Of a stretch of 64,000 bases of DNA, positions 1-10,160 are shown piece after piece. The notes below the pieces were generated by a model that was given only the letters and a program-made list of their open reading frames with translations, was not told where the DNA came from and made no database searches. The position numbers and the translations under genes are program-made. Origin of the DNA: Nitrososphaeria archaeon (GTDB taxonomy: Archaea > Thermoproteota > Nitrososphaeria > Geothermarchaeales > JDFR-13); NCBI GenBank assembly GCA_027078545.1, contig JALWXN010000004.1:736001-800000 (forward strand). Reading direction: 5' to 3'. Each line of letters begins with the position of its first letter. Within the stretch, counting starts at the first letter, position 1.

Positions 1-189
1 CAGGCATATCTCCTTGTCCAGCCCATTCCTAATAATCATGAAGACTCCACCACCGTCGGGGGTGGCCGTGAAATAGGGATCCTCAACTGATATCCCACCA
101 CCCGTCCCGAGCTCCAACGTTATGTAGACCAGGATTGCGAGGGCCGCGATAAGCGCCACTACTAGGGTGAGCCGCTGCCTCTCAATCAT
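1..189 (-). CDS. Partial (runs off window start) membrane-anchored protein, probable copper chaperone PCu(A)C family
   Basis: Not in ORF track. ATG at 189 reads MIERQRLTLVVALIAALAILVYITLELGTGGGISVEDPYFTATPDGGGVFMIIRNGLDKEICL. An N-terminal TM followed by 'ISVEDPY...GGVFMIIRN..D..ICL' resembles the PCuAC N-terminus; the metal-binding motif would lie outside the window. Confidence 0.5.
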   Translation of the reverse strand, partial: MIERQRLTLVVALIAALAILVYITLELGTGGGISVEDPYFTATPDGGGVFMIIRNGLDKEICL

Positions 190-332
190 AATATTACACC
201 CTTCACGAACCCATCTAAACCCTATGTCACCGTTATTACTCGTGGGTATAGATAATTATGACGCCTCGGAACTATTGGCCGTGGGTTAATCAATTCTGGG
301 GCTGGCCTATAATTATGTATTAGTGAGCCGGG

Positions 333-1703
333 GTGGATGTATACCAGGATCTACGTAGGATGCTCGGTGGCTCCAAGGTCTCTAGGGATCCCTTCATCCT
401 AGGCCTCCACACCAGGGACGCCGCTTACCTTAGGGGGGAGGCCGATGCCGTGGTATATCCCGAGTCGGTAGATGATGTTAGGCGTGTAGTTAGGTACTGT
501 TACGAGACTGGTACACCACTGTATCCACAGGGTGGTAGCAGCGAGTTGACTGGCTCCTCCATACCTGAGGGAGGCGTCGTCATGAGCATGATACGTATGA
601 GGCGTGTCTTGGAGTCCTCCCCCGGCGATGGATATATATATGTGGAGCCTGGGATCCGGCTGGTCGAGGTTAATATGGAGCTGGCAGGCACAGGGATGTT
701 CTTCCCCATAGACCCTGCAAGTATAAAGACAGCCACGGTGGGTGGAGCCGTCTCGACCGGCGCGGGTGGGCTGAGAGGCTTTAAATACGGCTTGATGAGG
801 GACTGGGTACTGGGTCTTGACCTAGTCCTGCCCGACGAGGAGGCGAGCCTACTCAGGCTTAGCTATAAGACCCTGAAGAGCCGTGAGGGATACGACCTGG
901 TGAGGCTGATAGTTGGTAGTGAGGGGACACTAGCCATAGTTGTGGGCGCCGTCCTGAGGCTGGCACCGGTACAGGGAGACCTCTCCACAGTAGCGGCTCT
1001 ATACGACTCCCTAGAGGATCTAGTCGAGACGGTTATCCGGCTCAGGTCCTCGGGGCTCGACCTAAGTATACTCGAGTTCGTCGATAGGAACACCGTGGCC
1101 AAGGTTAGGAGCTATGGGAGGAGGGCGCCTGAGGGGGATGGAGACATGCTGCTAGTAGCGCTATCCGGAGACGTTGAGAGGGCGATGGAGATTATAAAGA
1201 TGGGTGGGGGCAGGATAGTAGCCTATGCAGAATCGATGGCCGAGGCGGAGGAGATGGGTATCTACGAGGTTAGACGGGGCTTCTACCCGGTCTTGATCGA
1301 CGAGGCTGTAGAGAGGACTGGGGGAGACCCAGCCATATATATTGAGGATGTCTCAGTCCCCCCAACCAGGCTTCCGGAGGCCCTCCCAAGGATAGTCAGG
1401 CTCCTAGAGGATGAGGGGATAAGCTACGGCCTAGCGGGTCATGTGGGTGACGGTAATATACACCCAACTATGTGGGCCAGCCATGAGGATATGGAGCATC
1501 TATACCGTGTAGGCGAGAAGATCATGGATATAGCCCTCGAGTATGACGGTGTCGTCAGTAGTGAGCATGGGATCGGGATCGTGAAGAAGAGGGCGTTGAT
1601 GCGGAGCCTTAGGCGTAGAGGCCCGAAGGCACTTGAGATTATGAGGGGGATCAAACGGCTCTTCGACCCTAGGAACATCCTTAACCCTGGGAAGGTGGTC
1701 TAG
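333..1703 (+). CDS. FAD-linked oxidase, GlcD / D-lactate dehydrogenase family
   Basis: PQGGSSELTG, DPAS...ATVGG, GSEGTL, GHVGDGNIH, SEHGIG and C-terminal FDPRNILNPGK motifs. Confidence 0.9.
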   Translation: MDVYQDLRRMLGGSKVSRDPFILGLHTRDAAYLRGEADAVVYPESVDDVRRVVRYCYETGTPLYPQGGSSELTGSSIPEGGVVMSMIRMRRVLESSPGDGYIYVEPGIRLVEVNMELAGTGMFFPIDPASIKTATVGGAVSTGAGGLRGFKYGLMRDWVLGLDLVLPDEEASLLRLSYKTLKSREGYDLVRLIVGSEGTLAIVVGAVLRLAPVQGDLSTVAALYDSLEDLVETVIRLRSSGLDLSILEFVDRNTVAKVRSYGRRAPEGDGDMLLVALSGDVERAMEIIKMGGGRIVAYAESMAEAEEMGIYEVRRGFYPVLIDEAVERTGGDPAIYIEDVSVPPTRLPEALPRIVRLLEDEGISYGLAGHVGDGNIHPTMWASHEDMEHLYRVGEKIMDIALEYDGVVSSEHGIGIVKKRALMRSLRRRGPKALEIMRGIKRLFDPRNILNPGKVV

Positions 1704-1706
1704 AAG

Positions 1707-1982
1707 ATGATTGGCTATGAGAAGTGTAGCTACTGCGGCTTCTGCGAATATGTATGCCCCACCTATCTCGAGACGGGCGACAGATCCCTAGGGCCGAGGG
1801 GGAGGGTATGGGCGGCTAGGGAGGTGCTTATCAAGGGGGTCCTAACCAAGACGATTGAGGTCTCCCTCTACACATGCCTCCTATGCAGGGCCTGTGAACC
1901 AGAGTGTCCAAGCAGCGTCCCAATAGTAGATGTTATCCTCAGGGCGAGGAGAAGGATTGCGGAGGTGTCCCCAGCCAGATGA
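1707..1982 (+). CDS. 2x[4Fe-4S] ferredoxin-like protein (GlcF N-terminal type)
   Basis: CSYCGFCEYVCPTY...GPRGR...CLLCRACEPECPS; directly downstream of the GlcD-like gene. Confidence 0.85.
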   Translation: MIGYEKCSYCGFCEYVCPTYLETGDRSLGPRGRVWAAREVLIKGVLTKTIEVSLYTCLLCRACEPECPSSVPIVDVILRARRRIAEVSPAR

Positions 1983-3076
1983 GTGTGGAGGGCTTCGAGA
2001 AGTATATCTCTAAGGTAAGGAGGCATCTCAAGAGTCGGCTCGGCTCTGGCCCAAGGGCGGTGTATATACCCCCATCGATAGACCAGTCGGTACTCCTGGG
2101 GATACTGGGCCTACCAGGCATAGACATGAGGGATGCGGTGTATAGATACCCCTCAACCATGATCGACAGGCTGGTAGAGAGGATAACTGGTAGGGACGAC
2201 ATACTGGTGGCCAACCTACACATGCTCTACCGCCTATACCCCCGTGGGAGGGAGGCGTACTACAGGATCCTTGAGAGGAGCGGCTCGATACTCATGATTG
2301 GGGAGTGGGAGCTCTATAGAGAGGCGGTTGAGAAGATGGGTGTCCGTGGAGACATTATCGACGAGGCTGGATTGATGGAGCTGGGGAACCCACTGGGTAG
2401 GGAGGTCTTCCTCTCAGAGGGTAGCCCCACCGCTGCCCTGGCCATCGCAAGGGGGTTGGACGGCTACTCACCAGATCCATACATGCTCAGGGATAGTAAT
2501 GAGCGGTACATCCTATACTACATGACGCTCTATAGGGGTGTAGGTAGGCTGGCCAGGATCCTCGGGCCCGGTGTAGGCATGTATATCAATAGGCTGGTTA
2601 GGAGGGGGCTACTGGTTAAGGTCGGTAGGAGGCGCGGGGTATACATGGTTAGGGATCCCCTGACTAGGCTCTACATATGGAGGAGGTTCATCCGGTCAGG
2701 TGATCCCGAGAAGTATGCCGGCTACACCTACCTCCTCAGGAAGGCGTTGGAGGGAATAGTGGGGGGTATGAGGATACCTGGCTATGAGAGGGACGTCCAC
2801 ATATCTGAGCCTATACGCTTCGCCTATATCGATAGGCTTACAATGGCCGTGGCAGACTCCTCAGGCGGGAAATACCTCTTCCGGATACTCACGGGTGAGA
2901 AGGCTGAGAAGAGGCTGTTCGAGTCCTATCCCTCCATGACAGGTGTAGGGGTTGATATAGGGGTGGCTAGCAATAGGCATATTAGGGAGCTGGCCAGGAT
3001 GGGTGTTAGGATAGTTAAGTATCAGGACCTAGCCCTACTCCTGACGAAGACGGCCGGCTTCCCAAGGAGGCTCTGA
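1979..3076 (+). CDS. Degenerate archaeal AAA+ ATPase-wHTH protein (COG1672-like), probably inactive
   Basis: ATG at 1979 overlaps the upstream stop (ATGA). 'RAVYIPPSIDQSVLL' occupies the Walker A position; 'SEGSP' and the wHTH 'YINRLVRRGLLVK...GVYMVRDPLTR' follow. Confidence 0.5.
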   Translation: MSVEGFEKYISKVRRHLKSRLGSGPRAVYIPPSIDQSVLLGILGLPGIDMRDAVYRYPSTMIDRLVERITGRDDILVANLHMLYRLYPRGREAYYRILERSGSILMIGEWELYREAVEKMGVRGDIIDEAGLMELGNPLGREVFLSEGSPTAALAIARGLDGYSPDPYMLRDSNERYILYYMTLYRGVGRLARILGPGVGMYINRLVRRGLLVKVGRRRGVYMVRDPLTRLYIWRRFIRSGDPEKYAGYTYLLRKALEGIVGGMRIPGYERDVHISEPIRFAYIDRLTMAVADSSGGKYLFRILTGEKAEKRLFESYPSMTGVGVDIGVASNRHIRELARMGVRIVKYQDLALLLTKTAGFPRRL

Positions 3077-3077
3077 G

Positions 3078-3533
3078 ATGAGGGATGTGGCGAAGCCTCT
3101 AGCCATAGGCCTGGTACTAGCCATCGCCCTGGCACTCGTCGTCTCAACCCTCCTCAGGAATGTTGAGCCTAGGCTGGTTGGGAGCATGTATATAAACGAC
3201 GCCGGCATGCCTCCGGGCCTAGCCGGCTTCGAGTGGGTGGGGGAGTACAACGTCAGCACTGAGGATGGATACCTAGTGATCCGGCAGGTCAGGGGGCTCG
3301 GCGACTACCTGGAGAAGCATAGGTATAGGATCATCGACATAAGGATGGATGGTAATAGGCTTGTCCTAGAGATCGAGACTGGGAGGATCGTCATGGTTAG
3401 GAGTGGGGAGATGTATGTAGCGGCATACTCGATAAGTGAGAGGTTCTCTATAGGGGAGATAAGCCCTGAGTACTTCCCCGGCCTACCCAGCCACTTCTAC
3501 GTCGAGCTTAGGCTTAGGCCTGTTGAGGCCTAG
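3078..3533 (+). CDS. Hypothetical membrane-anchored/exported protein
   Basis: N-terminal hydrophobic helix; 1 bp after the upstream stop. Confidence 0.7.
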   Translation: MRDVAKPLAIGLVLAIALALVVSTLLRNVEPRLVGSMYINDAGMPPGLAGFEWVGEYNVSTEDGYLVIRQVRGLGDYLEKHRYRIIDIRMDGNRLVLEIETGRIVMVRSGEMYVAAYSISERFSIGEISPEYFPGLPSHFYVELRLRPVEA

Positions 3534-3766
3534 ATATCCGTCAGTAGGATACAGCAACTACAGATCCCCTCGCCCGAGTCGTCTATAAACTTGATCACCA
3601 GGTAGTCGTCCTGCACCTCAGTCCTGACGAGGTGTGGCTTCTTAACCATCTTAGGGATGTCCAGCTCCCTGGTCTTCCCATCCCTAGTTATCCTGACCCT
3701 GACCTTGTAGTGGCCATCCACCTCCTCTATATTGACGATATCCACCGTTATCTCCTGCCTCACCAC
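3530..3766 (-). CDS. Small hypothetical protein with C-terminal CSCC
   Basis: Likely GTG start near 3766 behind a GGAGGGG SD (track ORF extends to 3919); VVRQEITVDIV...GEGICSCCILLTDI. Confidence 0.6.
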   Translation of the reverse strand: MVRQEITVDIVNIEEVDGHYKVRVRITRDGKTRELDIPKMVKKPHLVRTEVQDDYLVIKFIDDSGEGICSCCILLTDI

Positions 3767-3931
3767 TCCTGACCACCCCTCCACATAGTCTTGCTTCTGG
3801 CTGGGGTGATAAATATTGTTTTTCCCAGAGCCGCGATACATATACAACATATATCCATGCCTCGGGCTACAGGGGGGAATATACCCCTGCATATAGGGAT
3901 ACGATACGGATATATCCATGGTGCAGATGAG

Positions 3932-5977
3932 ATGCCGAATAGGCTGGCAAGGGAGAAGAGTCCATATCTAAGGATGCATGCTGACAACCCTATCGACTGG
4001 TATCCATGGGGTGAGGAGGCTTTTAGGAAGGCCCGTGAGGAGGATAAGCCCATCTTCCTAAGCATCGGCTACTACACCTGCCACTGGTGCCACGTGATGA
4101 ACCGGGAGAGCTTCATGGATCCCGAGGTCGCCCGTGTGATCAACCGTGTATTCATCCCGATAAAGGTTGATAGGGAGGAGAGGCCCGACATAGACAGTAT
4201 CTATATGAAGTATGCGATGGCCGTTCTTGGGAGTGGGGGCTGGCCATTGACAGTCCTATTGACGCCTGATAAGAAGCCCTTCTTCGTGGCTACCTATCTT
4301 CCTAAGCAGACCCTTATAGAGCTCGCCGAGCGTGTCGAGAAGCTCTGGAGGACTGACCGTGGCCAGATACTTAGGTATGCCGACTCACTGGTTAGCAGTG
4401 CGTTACAGTCCCCACTCTTCAACGTGGGGGGCGTGTATAAGGAGCTTGATAGGGGGATCGTCTACGAGTTGATGAGGAGGCTCTCCCATACATATGACCC
4501 TATCTATGGGGGCTTTGGCCAGGCCCCGAAGTTTCCGAACCCCCATAGACTACTATTCCTACTACGTCTATACTGGCTGGAGGAGGAGCACCACCTCCTC
4601 GAGATGGTTCTCAAGACCATCGATGCGATAAGGTTCGGCGGGATATATGACCAGGTGGGCGGGGGCCTACATAGATACTCCACCGACGCGAAGTGGAAGC
4701 TCCCACACTTCGAGAAGATGCTCTATGACCAGGCATGGATGCTCAGGGTCTATACAGAAGCCTACCAGCTGACTGGTGACTGGATATATAGGGAGACGAT
4801 AGGCGAGATCGTGGACTTCCTGAGGCGTGAATTGTGGAGCGGCGAGGCGTTCCACAGCGCATTGGACGCGGAGTCGGAGGGGATGGAGGGGCGTTTCTAC
4901 GTATGGAGCGCCGATGAGCTGAGGAGTGTCCTAGGTGATCTATATGGCTTCGCCGAGAAGGTCTTCAACATTTCCGAGGAGGGTAACTACCTGGATGAGG
5001 CGACTGGTAGGAGGCTGGGCTACAACATACTATACCCAGGCAGGAGGTGGGAGGAGAAGGCATGGGAGCTGGGGATGGGGCTGGAGGAGTTCCTATCCAC
5101 CCTCGGAGAGGTTAGGCGGCTACTCTTCAAGGCTAGGGAGGAGAGGGTGAGGCCCAACACTGATACTAAGATACTGACGGACTGGAACGGCTACATAGCC
5201 GCGGTCCTCGCCTATGCCGGGAGGGTTCTAGGCAGTGACGATATGGTCTCACTGGCGGTGGATATCGCGGGCTTCATCAGGAGGAGGCTGTGGATAGATG
5301 GTCTTATGCATGTCTATATAGATGGTGAGCCAGGTGTCAAGGCCCTCCTCGACGACTACTCCTCCCTGATCTACATGTTCAACGAGCTCTACATGGCTAC
5401 CTCGGGGGAGGAGTATCTAGGCTATGCATTGGAGGCCGCTGATGAGATGGTGAAGAACTTCTATAGCAGGGATCTAGGGGTCTTCCTACACACCCCTATA
5501 GATGCTGGTGATGTGCCCCACCCGAATATCGAAGTATTCGATGGGCCGTATCCAGGGGGCCTATCACTGGCTATCCATGAGTTGATGAGGCTTGCCCGCC
5601 TCACCGGTGAGGATCATCTATGGGACCTGGCACTGGATGTGCTGAAGACAGCCCTCCCAAACATTGAGAGGAATCCTGAGGCGGCTCCATACCTGGTCCT
5701 AGACGTTGCATATGCACTCACAGGCGGTGGCGAAGTAGTTGTGGATGCCCGGGGCGGCTCAGATGAGCTGAGGGCCTTGCTGAGGAGCTATCTACCATTC
5801 CACGTCGTCCATTACATTGCTGATGAGCCCCCTAGGATCGGCTATGTAAGGGATATGCTCGTGGCTGATCCACCCAAGATCTATGTCTGCCAGGGATACA
5901 CATGTAGGGAGCCTGTCACCAGCCTGGAGGACTTCCACCGGGAGGTCTACCAGCTCAGGAAGAGGTGGTCGCCCTAG
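3932..5977 (+). CDS. Thioredoxin-domain protein YyaL/SSP411 family (COG1331)
   Basis: [58 protein letters not shown]. True start probably ATG 3932. Confidence 0.93.
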   Translation: MPNRLAREKSPYLRMHADNPIDWYPWGEEAFRKAREEDKPIFLSIGYYTCHWCHVMNRESFMDPEVARVINRVFIPIKVDREERPDIDSIYMKYAMAVLGSGGWPLTVLLTPDKKPFFVATYLPKQTLIELAERVEKLWRTDRGQILRYADSLVSSALQSPLFNVGGVYKELDRGIVYELMRRLSHTYDPIYGGFGQAPKFPNPHRLLFLLRLYWLEEEHHLLEMVLKTIDAIRFGGIYDQVGGGLHRYSTDAKWKLPHFEKMLYDQAWMLRVYTEAYQLTGDWIYRETIGEIVDFLRRELWSGEAFHSALDAESEGMEGRFYVWSADELRSVLGDLYGFAEKVFNISEEGNYLDEATGRRLGYNILYPGRRWEEKAWELGMGLEEFLSTLGEVRRLLFKAREERVRPNTDTKILTDWNGYIAAVLAYAGRVLGSDDMVSLAVDIAGFIRRRLWIDGLMHVYIDGEPGVKALLDDYSSLIYMFNELYMATSGEEYLGYALEAADEMVKNFYSRDLGVFLHTPIDAGDVPHPNIEVFDGPYPGGLSLAIHELMRLARLTGEDHLWDLALDVLKTALPNIERNPEAAPYLVLDVAYALTGGGEVVVDARGGSDELRALLRSYLPFHVVHYIADEPPRIGYVRDMLVADPPKIYVCQGYTCREPVTSLEDFHREVYQLRKRWSP

Positions 5978-7133
5978 CCCTACAAGCCATCCTGAGGAGT
6001 ATGTATAGAGCTGTGCTGGCAGTGAAGAGTATAATGGCCATAGCGACATAGCTCGCGTTGAATCCCAGCTCACCCGCTATGTAGGAGAAGCCTATCACAC
6101 CGGCTGTACCCCCTATGTCGAAGCCAGTAGCGTAGAAGGCTGTAGCCGTGTTCCTAGTGTCCTCGGCGACGTTGCTGAGCAGGATGTACTGTCCACTCGG
6201 GACTGTGAGGCCTATCCCCCAGCCGAAGAGGCCCATAGAGATCAGTAGCTGTACTAGGTCGCCGCTCCACGGGACGAGTATAGTCATCCCCACAGCCTCT
6301 AGGAGGACGCCTAGGGATAGCGTGGCTACAGAGCCTATCCTATCTATGAGCTTGACGGCGTATAGCCTTGAGACTAGGCCGGTCAGCCCAGCTACGAACA
6401 GCGCCTTACCAATCGTGATCGAGGGCTGTCCAAGGGTGTATACATGGTCCTGGAGCAGGCTGTTGAGGGCGAAGAAGACGCCTCCATTCACCAGTGGGAG
6501 GATGAGTAGTGTGGCCACCACCCCATTTCTGATCACCTCGAGGATCCTGGGTGCTGATCCGCGTCCACGGTAGAGCTTCTTATCCGGGAGGAGTGCCGAG
6601 GCCACGATTGACGATACACCGAAGACTGCTAGGAGGTAGAAGGCAGCTGCATAGCCATATAGGTCGACGAAGCTAGTGGCTATAAGGGGGCCTATCAACG
6701 CTGATAGTGATATCACCGCCGCCCTATAGGAGAGGAGTTGCCTTAGATACTCTATGTATCCATAGATGGAGACGGCGGCTATCGAGGCTGAGATGAAGAG
6801 GCCCATGGAGAGGCCCTGTAGAGCCCTGACGAGGTAGACCTCACCTGGGCTGGAGACCGTCGAGGCGTAGAGGGCCGAGACGGTCACGGCTAGGCCTCCG
6901 AGCATCATGAAGTATTTACTCCCGTACCTATCCGCTAATACCCCGGTCGGTAGCCTGGTTAGGACGCCTATCATGGGGCCAAGGGAGAATATTAGGCCAG
7001 TCTCGAAGGTGGCTGCACCGAGTTCACGGCTGAAGCGTGATATGACAGAGCCTATCCCGCCAAGCGCTGTGAAGTATAGGAATACCGCGGCGATGATGAG
7101 CGCTACCTCCCTGTTAAGCCCTTTAATCTCCAA
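5955..7133 (-). CDS. MFS transporter
   Basis: About 12 TM helices; motif A '[10 protein letters not shown]' and its repeat 'LIDRIGS'. Confidence 0.9.
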   Translation of the reverse strand: MEIKGLNREVALIIAAVFLYFTALGGIGSVISRFSRELGAATFETGLIFSLGPMIGVLTRLPTGVLADRYGSKYFMMLGGLAVTVSALYASTVSSPGEVYLVRALQGLSMGLFISASIAAVSIYGYIEYLRQLLSYRAAVISLSALIGPLIATSFVDLYGYAAAFYLLAVFGVSSIVASALLPDKKLYRGRGSAPRILEVIRNGVVATLLILPLVNGGVFFALNSLLQDHVYTLGQPSITIGKALFVAGLTGLVSRLYAVKLIDRIGSVATLSLGVLLEAVGMTILVPWSGDLVQLLISMGLFGWGIGLTVPSGQYILLSNVAEDTRNTATAFYATGFDIGGTAGVIGFSYIAGELGFNASYVAMAIILFTASTALYILLRMACRARATTSS

Positions 7134-7192
7134 TCCCTACACCCGGAATCTTGGGGATTCGCCCTGGAATACTTATAAATCGGTATATCCAG

Positions 7193-8218
7193 CTATGGCT
7201 TGAGCCTATCCAGGATATACTCTGCAATGGCTGGGGCCGCTGTGAAGCCGGGTGTAGATATGCCATATGTCATCGCGAAGCCCTTCCTAATCCTTATTAT
7301 CCAGTCCCCACCAGGATAGTTTATCACCCTGGGTACGCAGTGTACCGAGATGATGTCTGGTCTCATCTTAACCATCTCGGATCCGACATCAAGTGCCTGG
7401 GATATTAGGCTATAGTCGGCGTCGTAATCCTCCTTTGCGGGGGTCCATGAGAAGGTCGCCCCGAATACAGAGCCTATCCCCTTATAGTAGGGGGCGAACC
7501 CATACCCCCTCGTGTATTTCCAGCTGGTGACCCTGAACCTCACCAGTATATAGTCTATCTCGAGGGAGGTCACGGCGTATATTCCCTTTCCAAACCTCTG
7601 CCTAGGTGGCTTCGGATCTATGTTTCGTGAGAGCTCCCTTGTATGTGGCCCGGCTGCCACCACCACGGCGTCATACTCCACACCGTTGATCACCTTGTCA
7701 TGTAGGGGTGGTACGCGGTAGCCGAGGAATACTCCTCCACCCATCTCCACTATCCTCTCCTGGAGCCTGAGTAGTGTGTCTAGAGGATCTATTAGTCCGA
7801 ACCCCTCCATCCTGACCGCCCCTATAAATTCATCACTTATCTCTGGGTACCGCCTCCTAAGCTCCCCATCCCTTACAACCTCTATCTCGAAGCCGAAGTA
7901 CTTCATGTAGAGCTTTGCTATCCACATGAGCCTGTCTAGTAGGCGGGAGTCATATGGGAGGACTAGGTCGATATCCCTGATCTCATATCCTATCTCCCTC
8001 GAAAGCTCCCTGTGTAGCTTCATACCCCTCATTACGAGCCGGTTCTTAAAGCTGTGGAAGGGCCTATCGATAGCCATTAGGAGGCCGGGCATCCTGCCCG
8101 ATGCCGAGTCGCCTATCCTGGTTCTAGCCTCGTAGAGGTCAACCTTATGCCCCTTTTTGAGTGCCATGTATGCCGTGTAGAGCCCTATAGCCCCACCTCC
8201 CACGACGGCTATCCTCAC
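7193..8218 (-). CDS. FAD-dependent oxidoreductase (DAO / LhgO-like)
   Basis: N-terminal VVGGGAIG Rossmann motif, ASGR, VVAAG, GFTAAPAIA. Confidence 0.85.
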   Translation of the reverse strand: MRIAVVGGGAIGLYTAYMALKKGHKVDLYEARTRIGDSASGRMPGLLMAIDRPFHSFKNRLVMRGMKLHRELSREIGYEIRDIDLVLPYDSRLLDRLMWIAKLYMKYFGFEIEVVRDGELRRRYPEISDEFIGAVRMEGFGLIDPLDTLLRLQERIVEMGGGVFLGYRVPPLHDKVINGVEYDAVVVAAGPHTRELSRNIDPKPPRQRFGKGIYAVTSLEIDYILVRFRVTSWKYTRGYGFAPYYKGIGSVFGATFSWTPAKEDYDADYSLISQALDVGSEMVKMRPDIISVHCVPRVINYPGGDWIIRIRKGFAMTYGISTPGFTAAPAIAEYILDRLKP

Positions 8219-8254
8219 GGAACCGCCTCCGACATTATAATTTATTCCTATGTC

Positions 8255-8722
8255 TCACCCCTTAAGATGAGCCTTCGACCTGTCGTATAGTATGTACCAT
8301 GTCCCAATCGATACTGCTGAGAGTTTCCCCTCTGAGTCGTAGATACGGCCCATCACGACTATGGTTGTCCTGCCGCTTCTAAGTACTTCTCCCTCCAGTG
8401 TATAGGGGCTGTTCCCACTGTGGAGAGGCCTCATGAAGTTTATCTTTAGCTCGATCGTCACCTGCTCCTCCCCAGGGTTTACAGTGGCCGCGGCTACCCC
8501 AGACACCTCGTCTAGCATACCCATTATAGCCCCGCCGTGGAGTATTCCTCCGCTCCTGGCCAGCTCCTCCCTATACTCTGCAACCGCCTTTGCATAGCCT
8601 TTTCTAATCTCCACGTATCTAGTCCCTATCAGCCTGCTGTAGTTGCTGACCTCTTTGAAGAGCTGGTTAAACCTCTCCAGGTCTACCTCTCCCTCGTCGA
8701 TGATGTCTTTGAGTGTCGTCAC
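8255..8722 (-). CDS. PaaI-family thioesterase (hotdog fold)
   Basis: GILHGGAIMGMLDE, VTIELKINFMRP. Confidence 0.92.
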   Translation of the reverse strand: MTTLKDIIDEGEVDLERFNQLFKEVSNYSRLIGTRYVEIRKGYAKAVAEYREELARSGGILHGGAIMGMLDEVSGVAAATVNPGEEQVTIELKINFMRPLHSGNSPYTLEGEVLRSGRTTIVVMGRIYDSEGKLSAVSIGTWYILYDRSKAHLKG

Positions 8723-9132
8723 TCCTCCTCCACCCTATACTCCCACTCCAGCTTGGCCCCTGCACGTACAAGTGTTATCGTGGCGCTGCAGTACTTGTTG
8801 AGGCTGAGCTGGATAGCCTTCTCAACATCCTCCGGCTTTATCCCCCTCCCCCTGACTATGTATCGATACTTGATGTACTCCCATATCTTTGGGTGCTCTT
8901 CCCTCCTCCTACCCTCTATCTCCATTATGAGCTCCCTCACCTCGTATCGCTTCTTGGTGAGGATGACCAGCACATCTATCGCTGAGCAGCCGGCCGCCGC
9001 GAATAGCATGGTCTCCATGGGTGAGAGGCCGCTCTTCTCAGGCTTCTCCCTGAGGTCGAGCGTGTTGTACCTCCCATCCTCGGTCTTCACGAGGAATATC
9101 CTGTCCTCCACAGTCCTGAGTATCCCCTTCAT
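8719..9132 (-). CDS. OsmC-family protein (YhfA-like)
   Basis: SPMETMLFAAAGCSAIDV and KYCS conserved cysteines. Confidence 0.92.
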   Translation of the reverse strand: MKGILRTVEDRIFLVKTEDGRYNTLDLREKPEKSGLSPMETMLFAAAGCSAIDVLVILTKKRYEVRELIMEIEGRRREEHPKIWEYIKYRYIVRGRGIKPEDVEKAIQLSLNKYCSATITLVRAGAKLEWEYRVEEE

Positions 9133-9251
9133 GTCATATAGCTAAAGTGGGTTGGACGTAAATATAGGTGTCTACCAGTCGTGTGCCGGGCTCGGCGGTT
9201 TAGCAGGCCTATCCCCCGATATATCGCATTGGAGGCATTATTTATACTGGG

Positions 9252-10160
9252 ATGTCCCAGCAAGAGGAGGATATTATAGAGGTCTCGGTATGGTATGGCG
9301 ACGCCGAGATACGGCTGGCCATGGAGTGGGAGCCGGGATACCTGATTAGGAAGGCTATATATAGGAGGGGTGGGGAGGAGCTCGACCTAGGGGATTTCCA
9401 CAGCCTCCTCCGCGACGATAGGCCCGAGGCGAGGAACACCCTTGTCGCCCATGTAGTCTGGCTCCTCCACAACTTCAACCGTGAGATGTCCCTCGTGAAG
9501 AAGGAGGGTATGAACCTCTGCGACAAGATCACGATATGGATCGATATGCTGGAGGAGGCTAAGAGTAAGACCCTCCTAGCCGTCTCGATAAGCCCCCATA
9601 GGACTGATATCATCGTGAACGACCTGGAGCCCTTCATAAAGGGACTATACGAGATCGTGGACTATCTCTACCAGACCGTGGCTAGGCACTGTAAGAGGAT
9701 ATCGAAGTTCCTCAAGGGGCTGAACCATTATAAGAAGCATCCCCGTGGACGTGAGATTGTATATGATGTCTATAGCAGCTGGATAACTAGCGACCTGAGG
9801 AAGAAGAGTCTGGAGGAGTATGAGGACTACGGCCTGGAGAAGGTCAACCGTAGCCTGTTGAAGATTGCTAACCCATTCATCAAGAAGAGGCTTATGGAGA
9901 TCAATGCAGATCCCTTCGCGAAGGTAAACTTCTTGGCAGCGGTGAATCTTAGGATATGTGACGACGTCAACCTATACATCTCTGTCCTCAACACCTCCCT
10001 GAACCTCTTGGAGTATATCAGGGACAACGTGGCTAGGGCGAAGGACATGACCGCGGCTGATATTGAGCATATCTATGAGAAGCTGAGCGATGTGGGGGAT
10101 GATCTATACAAGCTAGTGGTGAATATAAGGAGTCTATACATGAATCTCGAGCCTCTCTAG
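9252..10160 (+). CDS. Hypothetical protein
   Basis: 302-aa ORF with host-like codon usage filling the gap; no motif recognised. Confidence 0.7.
   Translation: MSQQEEDIIEVSVWYGDAEIRLAMEWEPGYLIRKAIYRRGGEELDLGDFHSLLRDDRPEARNTLVAHVVWLLHNFNREMSLVKKEGMNLCDKITIWIDMLEEAKSKTLLAVSISPHRTDIIVNDLEPFIKGLYEIVDYLYQTVARHCKRISKFLKGLNHYKKHPRGREIVYDVYSSWITSDLRKKSLEEYEDYGLEKVNRSLLKIANPFIKKRLMEINADPFAKVNFLAAVNLRICDDVNLYISVLNTSLNLLEYIRDNVARAKDMTAADIEHIYEKLSDVGDDLYKLVVNIRSLYMNLEPL

Noticed and set aside
276-295. TGGCC..GGGTT(T)AATCA.TT similarity with 51044-51064
   Set aside because: Both lie just upstream of start codons and are explainable as ordinary promoter sequence.
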